The notes: a model not told the origin generated them from the sequence alone. Counted from the first letter of the stretch, positions 10,187 to 19,639 are shown. The stretch: DNA of 64,000 nt from Parachlamydiales bacterium (GCA_963765145.1 CAVXVG010000027.1:160001-224000), one strand, 5' to 3'. Made by a program: numbers and translations.

Positions 10187-13100
10187 GTTGTGCATTATTT
10201 CTTCTTGCTGATCCTTCCATACTTTACGATTTTCTGCGAAGGTTTCTCTCATGCTTCTGAGCAAACTTTTCCATTCTTTCAAATCTTTACCCATCTCAAC
10301 CGTGTTGGAAGAAAATAAATCTTTTTTCCGCTCATCTTCTTTCGCCAGTTGATCGATTCTGGATTGGACAAACTGCTCCATCTCTAGCTCTAGAGCCTCA
10401 TTATTCTGTGGAGGCTTCACGCCGTCCTTTGAATAGACAGGCAATGCACCAGCCGACCATTGAGCATAGAGAGGGGCTAACAATTCGGCTCCATCTTTTG
10501 AGCTGATGGTAACGCCTAGGGTCTCTACCCCTTTTCTCTGATCGTCAAACAACTTTCTTATCGTAGGAGAGGTGATCGCATTATCTGATGCAATTGTACT
10601 AGAGTAAAGCTCCTGTTTGATCTTTTTGTAGGCCAATGTTTTGCTTGAGAGGTTACGGATATAGATTACCAGCTGCGCCCTTTGCCAGGGGGTTGTGATG
10701 TCGGCAAACGAGGTCATGGCAGTTCCCGGAACGCCATAAGTGATCGATTGCAATAACCGCATATCATCATGCGAATCGATCCAATCGAGATTGGTTAACA
10801 TCCTTGGTTTTGCATCTTGCATCACTTCGGCCCGGTTGCTCGATCCATCTGCGTCAGCCCCATGGCACATGGCGCATTGCAATAGAAACAATTGTTGGCC
10901 CGCAACAATGTTCTCAGGGGTGTAGTATTCTTTTTTTATGTAGTACCGATCAGATGTGATCCCATAGGGGTCTCCAAGTTCCTTATCAAAAAGCTTCTCT
11001 TCAGTCCATTTTGTTTGAATCTGAAGCAAAAATCCGCTTTTCAAAGGTTGCGAAGAGGGCTGGCTGTTCAATTCATGGATGAATTCTTCAGGTCCATAGC
11101 GCCATTTATCTGGCTGAGCACCTGTACCTCCGGGAAGCTGATTAAAAATCCACTGGACCATGAGATTCACTTCACCTTCTGTGTAAACAGGTGTTGCAAA
11201 CCCTTCTCCCTTTTGCGGGTGTGATTCACCCCAAGGGGCCATCGGCGTCCCTTTGACTCCATGGATGATCGAACCTTTCATCCGCTCTCTTCCAAGGCCG
11301 CTTAAAAAATTGCCGTTCCGTAAGTTTTTCGGAATGGGGTAGATCCAAACCGATACAGGGCCATTGCCTTTCAATTGATCTCCATGGCATTGGGCGCAAG
11401 TTCTTTGGTAGGCCATTCGGGGGTCAAAACCAAATAGCTCCCATTCTCCCCTCAGATGGTCTCTATTTTTCTTTCCTAATTGGTTGAGCATGTAGGTTAA
11501 TTGTTGGAATTTAGAATCATCAAAAGGAAATACAGGCATGATCGAACGAGGAACATGGCTTGCAGGGTTCCAAAAATGCTCCATTAGCCATTCGTCTGAA
11601 TGGTATACACCAGACCAATTGGGTCTTGGACCTATTAAACGGCCTAAGCCGTAAACTTGGTAATACCCTTTCATAACACGGTGAACACGGTCTTGCCATT
11701 GTGGGTCCCCGTCTTGCCTTAATGCAAACCGGAAGGGGGCAAAGAAACCGGGCAATAGCTGAGGATCTTCTGCCTCAAGTTCTTCTAAGATGGAAAAAGG
11801 TCGAACGCCATGAACAAGACGTTCATCGATCTCTTCTCTCTTTTCTTTGAGGATGTTTACGAATTCACGGCTGCCAACATCTTCAGGAATCGTATCGCGG
11901 AACCAATGCTCCTTTTCATATGTTTCTCTTTGTCCATTAGATTTGAAACCTACTTCAGAAGTGTACCCCTCTAACCTATGGCAGCTAGCGCATCCTTGAA
12001 GGGCAAACGTTTTCATACCGGCATTTAAATTGTAAATTTCTTCGGATGGAATAGGTTTTTCAATGGCCGTTCTTTCGCCAGAGTCCCAGGCTTTCAACAA
12101 TGTTTTTCGCCCCACATCAGACTCAGACGCCTTTTTTCCTTTCTGAGCGAGTAAATAGGTCATCAGATCTTGCAGCTCTTCATGGTCTAAAACCATGTTA
12201 GGCATGGTCGATGTTTTTAAATCGGCTTGCGGCCATACGATCGACTCTTTCACAAACCAGGGGTAGCTGTTCCCCTCATTTGTCAATTCAGGTCCCACCC
12301 CACCTCGTGCTACACCTGCAATTTTATGACAGGCATAACATCCTTGAGAGATGTACAGAGAACGGCCTCTTTTAAAATGAGTCGTCAGCTGATCAACCTC
12401 GTTTTCCATTTGATCTAAATCGGCAGCATCGTTGACCGCTTTTCGAACCCCTTCCTCCGTTGTGGAAACATGATCAAGGATGCTTTGAGTCAGATCGACA
12501 TTTAATATAAGTTTGAAGAGAGTGCCTGTTGCCTCAGGAGAGCCTTTATTGGCTTGTAACAAGTCAGGTAAGGGCTTCCCTTGTTCAAGGTCTTTCAGAA
12601 TCGATTCGGTCAAGGCTGGCGTGCCCAATGCCTTTTCCATTTCCTTGTCGATTTGATCGAGAAGAATGGTTTGATTTGCGGCAATTCCCGCCATCTTTTT
12701 ATGTACCCAGGGTTGCGTCACCCTTTCAGGGTTTCCTAACCCTGGGCTATATTCCTTCACCCCATTCTGGGGTGATTCGTCTTTCTCAGCGGGAATTGCC
12801 GCTTGATTCGCCGCTTCGTTTAAAAGCCTCAATTGCCCTTTGGCGGCCTTAACATTAGGAAGAGGCAATGTATCGTCATGTGTCTTTTTTAAAACGATCT
12901 CTTTTGCTTTCTCAATCCCATTCTTTTGAATGATCTCTTGCAATCCGTAGAGCGTCATAAAGGCATCTATGCCTTGTTGCACACCTTTTTTCTGAAGGTC
13001 AAGCTCTTTGTCCTTTTGCTGCAAAAGTCTGGTGATCTTACCTTTTGCCTCTTCAAACTGTTCTCCACCTACTTTATGGCATTGGACACACTTGGCCTCC

Positions 13101-13909
13101 ATTAAAGGGCCAATCAACATGGGCGTGGTTTGAAAGAGAAGTTTGTCGCCCGGCTTATCATTAAAAATAGAGGCAAATTTTGGGTCGTGGATAGGGTCGC
13201 GTTCTAAAAATTGTGGTTTTGGCCCCTCAAATTCAATGTCGTAGGTTCCGTCGAAAATAGGACCATGGGCACGATCTAGGGTTAAGGCTCTACCATTTCC
13301 ACTGTGACAACTTGTGCAACCAAATTCGTTCATCGGATGGTATTCCAACGGACGCACCTCTTTACCCATCAGAGGATGCATTTGAAGAGCCCCTTCAATT
13401 TTAGGGGTGGAAATGGCCTCCAATTGCTTGGCTCTATTGAGCCGTTCGTCTACCGCGCTTTGATCGCTATTTTTTTCAAGAGAGGCGATGGTGTCAGGGT
13501 CTCTTAGCTGATCGATCGTTTCTCGAAGCAAATAGAAGACATAGGTGGGGTTTCTCTCTTTGATTGGAACGCCATGGTTGTCTCTTAAAATTTCGCCATT
13601 GATGTCTTTTGCAATCCTGGTAGGAGAAAAATCCTCAACTTCTAGTGCAACGTGGCAAGAGACGCACCGGTCAACTTTTTCGGGCCCCTTTCCTTCCATC
13701 ATCAGAATTTGTTTTACACCGAGAGAAAAGGGGGCTGGTGGCTCTCCTGTGAAAGAAGATCGGAAGAGCTCTACCTTCTGAAAGGCCTCTTGATAAATTT
13801 TATATTCGGGAAAAAGTTCTCTAAACCAAAAGACGCAAAACAGGGCAGCGGTGACCAATAAAAGGAGGATCAGCGAAAGTTGGTACTTGTTAGCTGACCT
13901 CATCAACAT
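10169..13909 (-). CDS. Membrane-anchored heptaheme cytochrome c
   Basis: N-terminal TM; seven CxxCH motifs (CVSCH, CTSCH, CVQCH, CYACH, CASCH, CAQCH, CAMCH); distal Met motifs (STMP, SIMP, TPMAPW, TAMTSF). Confidence 0.9.
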   Translation of the reverse strand: MLMRSANKYQLSLILLLLVTAALFCVFWFRELFPEYKIYQEAFQKVELFRSSFTGEPPAPFSLGVKQILMMEGKGPEKVDRCVSCHVALEVEDFSPTRIAKDINGEILRDNHGVPIKERNPTYVFYLLRETIDQLRDPDTIASLEKNSDQSAVDERLNRAKQLEAISTPKIEGALQMHPLMGKEVRPLEYHPMNEFGCTSCHSGNGRALTLDRAHGPIFDGTYDIEFEGPKPQFLERDPIHDPKFASIFNDKPGDKLLFQTTPMLIGPLMEAKCVQCHKVGGEQFEEAKGKITRLLQQKDKELDLQKKGVQQGIDAFMTLYGLQEIIQKNGIEKAKEIVLKKTHDDTLPLPNVKAAKGQLRLLNEAANQAAIPAEKDESPQNGVKEYSPGLGNPERVTQPWVHKKMAGIAANQTILLDQIDKEMEKALGTPALTESILKDLEQGKPLPDLLQANKGSPEATGTLFKLILNVDLTQSILDHVSTTEEGVRKAVNDAADLDQMENEVDQLTTHFKRGRSLYISQGCYACHKIAGVARGGVGPELTNEGNSYPWFVKESIVWPQADLKTSTMPNMVLDHEELQDLMTYLLAQKGKKASESDVGRKTLLKAWDSGERTAIEKPIPSEEIYNLNAGMKTFALQGCASCHRLEGYTSEVGFKSNGQRETYEKEHWFRDTIPEDVGSREFVNILKEKREEIDERLVHGVRPFSILEELEAEDPQLLPGFFAPFRFALRQDGDPQWQDRVHRVMKGYYQVYGLGRLIGPRPNWSGVYHSDEWLMEHFWNPASHVPRSIMPVFPFDDSKFQQLTYMLNQLGKKNRDHLRGEWELFGFDPRMAYQRTCAQCHGDQLKGNGPVSVWIYPIPKNLRNGNFLSGLGRERMKGSIIHGVKGTPMAPWGESHPQKGEGFATPVYTEGEVNLMVQWIFNQLPGGTGAQPDKWRYGPEEFIHELNSQPSSQPLKSGFLLQIQTKWTEEKLFDKELGDPYGITSDRYYIKKEYYTPENIVAGQQLFLLQCAMCHGADADGSSNRAEVMQDAKPRMLTNLDWIDSHDDMRLLQSITYGVPGTAMTSFADITTPWQRAQLVIYIRNLSSKTLAYKKIKQELYSSTIASDNAITSPTIRKLFDDQRKGVETLGVTISSKDGAELLAPLYAQWSAGALPVYSKDGVKPPQNNEALELEMEQFVQSRIDQLAKEDERKKDLFSSNTVEMGKDLKEWKSLLRSMRETFAENRKVWKDQQEEIMHNKPQSH
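12677..12802. repeat. Family E palindromic element inserted in frame within the heptaheme gene
   Basis: 126 bp; arms GCGGCAATTCCCGC/GCGGGAATTGCCGC; flanked by TTGATT direct repeats; core matches 13933-14001 and 15382-15450 in reverse orientation. Confidence 0.88.
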
Positions 13910-13932
13910 TTCTCCTTAAAAAACTGATAAAA

Positions 13933-14001
13933 CACCCCAGAATGGAGTGAAGGATGGTAGCCCAGGGTAAAGAAACCCTGAAAGGGTGATGCAACCCTGG
14001 G
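13933..14001. repeat. Family E element core
   Basis: CACCCCAGAATGGAGTGAAGGATGGTAGCCCAGGGTAAAGAAACCCTGAAAGGGTGATGCAACCCTGGG. Confidence 0.9.
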
Positions 14002-14030
14002 AATCAATTGATATTTACTGCCCGACCTCA

Positions 14031-15353
14031 TCAGTGCCTCGCATAGTTTTCAAACCAAGGATAGATCCAACCCCAGTTGGCCCCTCGGAAATAGGTTCCA
14101 ATGATGATAAAAAGGGTTTGCCACACCATGAAGGCTGTAAATAGAAAAATGGCCACATAACGGCTTCTGTGAAACCAATAACCAGTCCCGTAGGGGTTTC
14201 TATCTAAATAGGGGACTAACATCAATCCGATGACCATGAGAGCGGGCACGCCTACGCCACCCCAAAAAGCCGAATAAGAGACCATCTCTTGCAAACCTAA
14301 AAAGTACCAGGGAGCTTTAGAGGGGTTTGGAGGTTTGGTTGGGTCAGCCGCTTCTTCTAAAGGCGCATTGATAAAAGAGAGTGCTAGAACCAATACTGTG
14401 CTAAATAGAAAGGCCACCATTTCAGCCCGAAGTAGATGAGGCCAGGTGAACACGAAATTATAGGGTCCTTTGTCAACGGTGGGGCACGTTCCTCTAACCA
14501 GTTCCATCAGTCCGTAGGTTCGTTTTACACCGGGCGCAAACGACTCTTTTGTATCACTTCGTTGCACGACTCTGTAGGGCTCTGGCTTAAATTTATCGGG
14601 CGGACGGGAAAGGCCCCCGTCTTTTCGAACTCTCCAGAAGTGCACTCCGATAAGTAATGTGGCCGCGAGAGGCAGAACAGCCACATGGAGGACATAAAAG
14701 CGGATCAGAGCATCTTGCCCAACACTTGTCGATGCTAACAACATTGTTTTATTGATGTTGTATTGAAAGCCGGGAATGTTAGGGGCGTAGCCTGCAATTT
14801 CAGAGCCCACCGTAATAGCCCAGAAGGCAAGCTGATCCCATGGCAGAAGATAACCGGTAAAAGAGAGAAGCAGCGTCAAGACCATTAAGATGACACCGAC
14901 GACCCAATTAAACTTCCGTTCACCCTTGTAAGAACCGGTATAAAAGACCCTCGACATGTGGAGAAAGACAAACAGCACCATCATGTGGGCACTCCAACGG
15001 TGCATATTGCGCCACATTTGTGCGAAAGGGGTGGTGTCTTGCCAATCCTTCATGATCTCGTAGGCCCTATCTTCAGCCGGGATGTAATAAAACATCAAAA
15101 CAACGCCGGAGATAGTTAGAAGCACAAAGAGAGAGAAAGAGATGACGCCTAGTCCTAGCGTATAAAAGGGGTCGATTGAGTTTTTATGACATTTGACAGG
15201 ATGGATATGCAAAAAGAAGTTTTTGAACACAATTTCCGAACGGTCAACATCGTTATTGGGATAATTGTGCCGAAAAATGGATCGAATAAAGGCCCTTGGC
15301 ATGTCGAGCAAATGGGCAAGAAAACTTTCTTTTGGCTGGCCTTTAAAGTTCAT
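14031..15353 (-). CDS. petB: Cytochrome b6-like protein fused to subunit IV (Rieske/cytochrome b complex)
   Basis: RNMHRWSAH...LHMSRVF, FTGYLLPWDQ, RFYVLH-x14-H (b6-type spacing); the C-terminal part has PNPSKAPWYF (PEWY-equivalent). Confidence 0.9.
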   Translation of the reverse strand: MNFKGQPKESFLAHLLDMPRAFIRSIFRHNYPNNDVDRSEIVFKNFFLHIHPVKCHKNSIDPFYTLGLGVISFSLFVLLTISGVVLMFYYIPAEDRAYEIMKDWQDTTPFAQMWRNMHRWSAHMMVLFVFLHMSRVFYTGSYKGERKFNWVVGVILMVLTLLLSFTGYLLPWDQLAFWAITVGSEIAGYAPNIPGFQYNINKTMLLASTSVGQDALIRFYVLHVAVLPLAATLLIGVHFWRVRKDGGLSRPPDKFKPEPYRVVQRSDTKESFAPGVKRTYGLMELVRGTCPTVDKGPYNFVFTWPHLLRAEMVAFLFSTVLVLALSFINAPLEEAADPTKPPNPSKAPWYFLGLQEMVSYSAFWGGVGVPALMVIGLMLVPYLDRNPYGTGYWFHRSRYVAIFLFTAFMVWQTLFIIIGTYFRGANWGWIYPWFENYARH

Positions 15354-15478
15354 CAGCAATTTCCGTTAGAAAAAAGTGGAGCACCCCAGAATGGGGTGCA
15401 GGATTGTAGCCCAGGGTAAAAAAACCCTGAAAGGGTGATGCAGCCCTGGGTATTTCAAGTTCTGAAGGGAATTGCTGA
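15353..15478. repeat. Family E element with outer arms
   Basis: TCAGCAATTTCC...GGGAATTGCTGA arms around the core at 15382-15450; about the same length as the intragenic copy. Confidence 0.88.
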
Positions 15479-15482
15479 AGAT

Positions 15483-15986
15483 TCATGCTGAAAACCACGC
15501 TGTGTCGTAATCTAAAGTGGTTTTTGCTTTATCCACCATCAAATCTCCTGATGCCCCTTTGAAGACGTCAAAAAAAACTAAAGGTCTCGGCGCTGGGCCA
15601 GAAACGTTTCTGCCTAGCTTGTCGTAAACAGAACCATGACACGGACATTTATAGCCGGTCTCTGTCATGTTGACGGTGCAGCCTAAGTGGGTACAAACAG
15701 CTGTCTGAACGCGCACCTTGCCAGCCTGCGATTGAATAAACACCTTTTGGCTGGCCATGAAAAGCTTTCCATCCTTTGACAAAACATCTTCAGGACGTCC
15801 AATAGAAAAGATGGAAGGGGGGATTTTCATCGCATTGGGATAAAGGAAACCGAGTACAGAGACGCCAAGCAGCTGTAGCGCACCAAAGCCGGCTGCTGCT
15901 CCTAGCAGAACAAGAAAACGCCTCCTGCTCATGGCAGGGTCGTATCCATCCCCATCTTTATTTAATGAATTGCGATATTTAGGCAT
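15483..15986 (-). CDS. Rieske 2Fe-2S subunit
   Basis: Tat motif SRRRFL plus TM helix; [21 protein letters not shown]. Confidence 0.93.
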   Translation of the reverse strand: MPKYRNSLNKDGDGYDPAMSRRRFLVLLGAAAGFGALQLLGVSVLGFLYPNAMKIPPSIFSIGRPEDVLSKDGKLFMASQKVFIQSQAGKVRVQTAVCTHLGCTVNMTETGYKCPCHGSVYDKLGRNVSGPAPRPLVFFDVFKGASGDLMVDKAKTTLDYDTAWFSA

Positions 15987-16116
15987 CGTCTCTATCCCTG
16001 AACACGATATATTTAATCTCTTCTGAGTTGTCGAATTGTCCTTTTCGTGCGTAATAGAAATAGCAAAAAAAGGAGAAAAGGCCCATCACAATCGTTCCTA
16101 TAACCGCCCAAGCCAC
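15979..16116 (-). CDS. ccoS: CcoS-like cbb3 oxidase maturation peptide (not in ORF track)
   Basis: (GTG)[44 protein letters not shown]: a TM helix followed by GQFD. An in-frame ATG at 16131 is separated by a TAA, so the start is uncertain. Confidence 0.65.
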   Translation of the reverse strand: MAWAVIGTIVMGLFSFFCYFYYARKGQFDNSEEIKYIVFRDRDDA

Positions 16117-16139
16117 AAATTAAGGTCTCATTGCAGGAC

Positions 16140-16299
16140 AAACCACAGAGACACAGAGATCACAGAGGCTGTTTGAGATAGTGAGGAAAGCCTTTTGATT
16201 TATAGATGTTCGATTGAATTTCACCAAAATTCGCATGACTAGTTAACTCCTCTCAATCTTCTCATACTTTCTCTGTGATCTCTCGTGTCTCTGTGGTTT
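16140..16299. repeat. Family C palindrome
   Basis: AAACCACAGAGACACAGAGATCACAGAG...CTCTGTGATCTCTCGTGTCTCTGTGGTTT. Confidence 0.88.
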
Positions 16300-16308
16300 A
16301 AAATTAAA

Positions 16309-18141
16309 TTAACCAATCCATCTAAAGCTATAATCCATCAGGTCCATGGTCACCGCTTGGGTTGGACACTTCTCGGCACATAGCCCGCAACGGATACAAA
16401 GATCCTCATCTTTTAACATGGCTGTTCCCATCAGGTCGAGCGATTCTTTTTCCATCCCTCGACTATCGACTCCATAATAGTTATCGACAGCTTTGCGCAA
16501 ACTTCCATCGGCCAAATCCAGATTCAGCTTGCTGATAGGAACTTGAGAGAGGCAATTGGTAGGGCAGACATCGACACACCCATTGCATTTGATACAAAGG
16601 GAGCCATCAAAAACTGGAGAAACGTGACACTGCAAACAACGGTTACTTTGTTCTATAGCCTCTTGCATGGTGTAGTTATTTTCTACCATGTTCAGGTTGT
16701 GGACTCTCTCTTTTACAGGCTGTGCAGTAGGAAGAGCGTAAGGGGTTCTTAGATAGGTTTTGTCTCGCATTGGCTGGATTTCGTGAAACTCTGCCGAAAA
16801 TTCTTGGTAAGGATTGGTCCCAAGCAAGTCATGGTCAATGGCCCTTGCAGACTCCTGTCCATGCCGAATGGCAGTGATAAAAAGAGCAGGTCCATATCCT
16901 GCATCTCCTCCGGAATATAGTTTAGGAATAGACGTCCGCCCGGTTCCACGCTCAACCTTGATTAACCCTCTATCTAGGACTAGCTTATCCTTCTCTTTCC
17001 AACCATCCATGAAGGAGGCGTCAAGCCCCTGGCCAATAGCAAGGGCAATGCAATCACAGGGGATCACCCTTTCACTCCCTTCAATCCATCGAGGAGCAAA
17101 CCTCCCTTCGACATCAAAAAGAGAGAGGATTTGCTGCACTTTCAATCCAATCACATTCCCTTCATCATCTCTGACAATCTCTTTGGGGCCTAAACGATTC
17201 AGAATGGTAATACCCTCTTCCATGCCGTCTTCGATCTCAAATTCATCAGCTGTCTGTTCATCTCGGGCTTCCAAACAGACCATTGTAACTGTGTCGGCCC
17301 CATTTCTTACTGAAGAGCGAGCCACGTCAAAGGCAACGTTTCCTCCTCCAATCACCAACATGTGCTTTTTAATGGGCCATGTTCCACCTGCACATAGTAC
17401 ACGCAGGTAATCGATCCCTTTGATGATATCTGGTTGGTCAGCGCCGGTGATCGGCAAGTCGCGTGATTTCCATAAACCCACCCCTAAAAAGACCGCATCA
17501 TAATGGTCTAATAGGTCATCCATGGTTTTGTCACGGCCAATTTTGTGGTTGTAGAAAACTTTAGCTCCCAAAGCTTCGATTGCATAACATTCGTTCACAA
17601 CGATTTCGTTTTTAAGGCGATATTTAGGAACTCCGTAATAAAGCATACCGCCAGGTTGAGACATCCATTCGTAGACATCAACAGCATAGCCAAGGCGCAA
17701 TAAATCGTGAGCAAGTGTTAAAGAAGCAACTCCTGCTCCTACGCAGGCTACTTTTAAACCATTGGGTGTTGGTTTTGTAGAACCGCGAGCGTAGCTAAAT
17801 TCCAAAGATTGGATATGCGCCTCTTTGGAAAGGCCAAACCATTCATCTAAAAATCGCTTTTGCGCCCTAATCGTAAGTGTTTTGTCTACCCTATCTCTTC
17901 TACACGTTGTTTCGCAGGGGGCGCCGCAGATCATGCCGCAGATTGAGGCAAAGGGGTTTGGCCCTCTTGCTATCTTGTACCCTTCTAAAAAGTTCCCCGC
18001 ATGGAGTGCCAGCATGTATCCCCGCCCATCTGTATTGACAGGGCATCCATCGCGACAATCGATTTGCCTAATAAAATAGGTCAAATCCGGAATCGTCACA
18101 TCGTACAATTCCCTATAACCTTGTAGTAGTTCGTTATCCAT
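16309..18141 (-). CDS. GltD/NfnB(SudA)/DsrL-like NAD(P)H-dependent flavoprotein with C-terminal 2x[4Fe-4S] domain
   Basis: N-terminal CRDGCP...CGMICGAPCETTCRR; FAD-binding VGAGVAS; GGGNVAFD (GxGxxA, NADP-type); RCLQC; CIKCNGCVDVCP; CIRCGLCAEKCP. Confidence 0.9.
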   Translation of the reverse strand: MDNELLQGYRELYDVTIPDLTYFIRQIDCRDGCPVNTDGRGYMLALHAGNFLEGYKIARGPNPFASICGMICGAPCETTCRRDRVDKTLTIRAQKRFLDEWFGLSKEAHIQSLEFSYARGSTKPTPNGLKVACVGAGVASLTLAHDLLRLGYAVDVYEWMSQPGGMLYYGVPKYRLKNEIVVNECYAIEALGAKVFYNHKIGRDKTMDDLLDHYDAVFLGVGLWKSRDLPITGADQPDIIKGIDYLRVLCAGGTWPIKKHMLVIGGGNVAFDVARSSVRNGADTVTMVCLEARDEQTADEFEIEDGMEEGITILNRLGPKEIVRDDEGNVIGLKVQQILSLFDVEGRFAPRWIEGSERVIPCDCIALAIGQGLDASFMDGWKEKDKLVLDRGLIKVERGTGRTSIPKLYSGGDAGYGPALFITAIRHGQESARAIDHDLLGTNPYQEFSAEFHEIQPMRDKTYLRTPYALPTAQPVKERVHNLNMVENNYTMQEAIEQSNRCLQCHVSPVFDGSLCIKCNGCVDVCPTNCLSQVPISKLNLDLADGSLRKAVDNYYGVDSRGMEKESLDLMGTAMLKDEDLCIRCGLCAEKCPTQAVTMDLMDYSFRWIG

Positions 18142-18175
18142 AGATTTGGAAGGTTATAACACTATCAAAATAAAA

Positions 18176-18482
18176 AAGGAGTAGGCGCTATTCCTTCAAA
18201 CACCGGAATGGCCATTTTCGGCTAGCGCTCTGAATCTCGCCTAATTACGCAACGCGTTTGGAGTGCTAAACTCCTGTTTAGCTTTCACTTATTATTGAGA
18301 GTGAAAGCTAAACAGGAGTTTAGCACTCCAAACGCGTTGCGTAATGTAGATTTTTTGGTAATCGAAAATGGCCAAGGGCCGTTTGCAGGCAGCCCGTAAA
18401 AAAAATCCAATCAAAGATGGAAAAAACCCTTTTACAGCCGAAGGTAGAAATTGAATTGGGCGCCCTCAAGCGCCCACTCCTT
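18176..18482. repeat. Nested palindrome: family D arms > TGGCCATTTTCG arms > family A (18244-18345)
   Basis: AAGGAGTAGGCGCT...AGCGCCCACTCCTT; the inner A element has a perfect stem longer than 40 bp. Confidence 0.9.
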
Positions 18483-18484
18483 AT

Positions 18485-19594
18485 TTAAAAGTTAGCTACA
18501 ACACCAAGAACAACAGAATAGTCGGTGGCTCTGTTCCAGATTTCGGTGGTGCCTTGTAAGTAGGCTTTGAAGTTCTCTTCGAAGGCAGAAGTGACAGTGA
18601 TGGCTCCATCAAAACTGTTTCTATTCAAATGGAGGCCATGATCTTGGAAAAAATCTCCAAAATTTTGGAACGTTTGCCAAAAAAGAACATCTTCATGTGT
18701 CAAACGGCAATTCCAAGCGGCATCCAAGCTTACAGAGAAAGTGCAGTAAGGTCTTGATGTGGCATGGAGGCCAAGACGGCTTGTTGTCAATGTATGCCTT
18801 CTTTCATAAACGACAAGATTTGCTACACTTGCACCACTTTCAATTGTTCTATCTCTCCAATAGGTTTGGCTTTCGATTCCAAAAAATGGTTGGAACAAGA
18901 CCCAGCACATTGGAAGATCAACACCAACTTCTCCATAAGTCACGACATGGTAGGTAGGGGCTGAGCTGTCGGCAGCAAAATTTAAAGGGCCTACGTTAAT
19001 AGGACGGTGGATTTTATTGTTTGTATAACTTCCGGAGATGTCATACATGATATACCAATGTTGTGGACGATAAAGGGCATAGATCCCTAACAAGCCAGTA
19101 TCTAACTTCCCGTGTCCACCTAAGTTATAATGAACAAAATCATGTGCATAAGAACCTGCGATCCCAATTAAAGCGGTGTCACATAAAGATTTTTGCAAAC
19201 CTAAAGTCACTTCATATCCGCTGGAGTTAAAACCAAAGCTATTAGCGTCATTTTCGGTGATGATCCGATCATAGCTTCCTTCAACCCAGGCATCTAGCCC
19301 CACCAAACAAGGGTCTTCACATCTGCAGCAAGGCATTGTTGTCACAAGTTCTCTTACTGGATCATACATTCTTCTTACAAATTGGCGGTTGAGTGCGAAT
19401 GTGATAAAAGGGTCGTTAGTATGTTGGTTGCCGCTCAATTGATCGAGCGCTTCAGCTGTAGCAGCATCTGAGAGGCCAGCAAAGGCACTTGCAAGTTCTG
19501 GGCTGTTGATCACTTGGCTAGCAGTCCATTCCTCATTAATCGAAAAAGCAGAAAGGGATACTGAAAGTAAAAGAAGGGTTAGTAGTTTAAGCAT
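18485..19594 (-). CDS. Autotransporter beta-barrel protein with almost no passenger
   Basis: Signal peptide, a short helix LDQLSG...RRMYDP, then beta-strand pattern ending in F; similar to the C-terminus of 39002..43972. Confidence 0.8.
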   Translation of the reverse strand: MLKLLTLLLLSVSLSAFSINEEWTASQVINSPELASAFAGLSDAATAEALDQLSGNQHTNDPFITFALNRQFVRRMYDPVRELVTTMPCCRCEDPCLVGLDAWVEGSYDRIITENDANSFGFNSSGYEVTLGLQKSLCDTALIGIAGSYAHDFVHYNLGGHGKLDTGLLGIYALYRPQHWYIMYDISGSYTNNKIHRPINVGPLNFAADSSAPTYHVVTYGEVGVDLPMCWVLFQPFFGIESQTYWRDRTIESGASVANLVVYERRHTLTTSRLGLHATSRPYCTFSVSLDAAWNCRLTHEDVLFWQTFQNFGDFFQDHGLHLNRNSFDGAITVTSAFEENFKAYLQGTTEIWNRATDYSVVLGVVANF

Positions 19595-19639
19595 ATTATC
19601 TCCAATGGGACAAAGTTTATAGCAGGTCCAAGATATAAA

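Noticed and set aside
9827..10318. ORFs 9827..10153 and 10079..10318, and the ccoN extension to 9899
   Set aside because: They are translations of the family C palindrome; similar peptides recur at 38550-38972 and 44739-44924.
16309..18141. Calling the flavoprotein gltD or dsrL
   Set aside because: No gltB or dsr genes nearby; the extra ferredoxin domain and respiratory context argue against either specific name.
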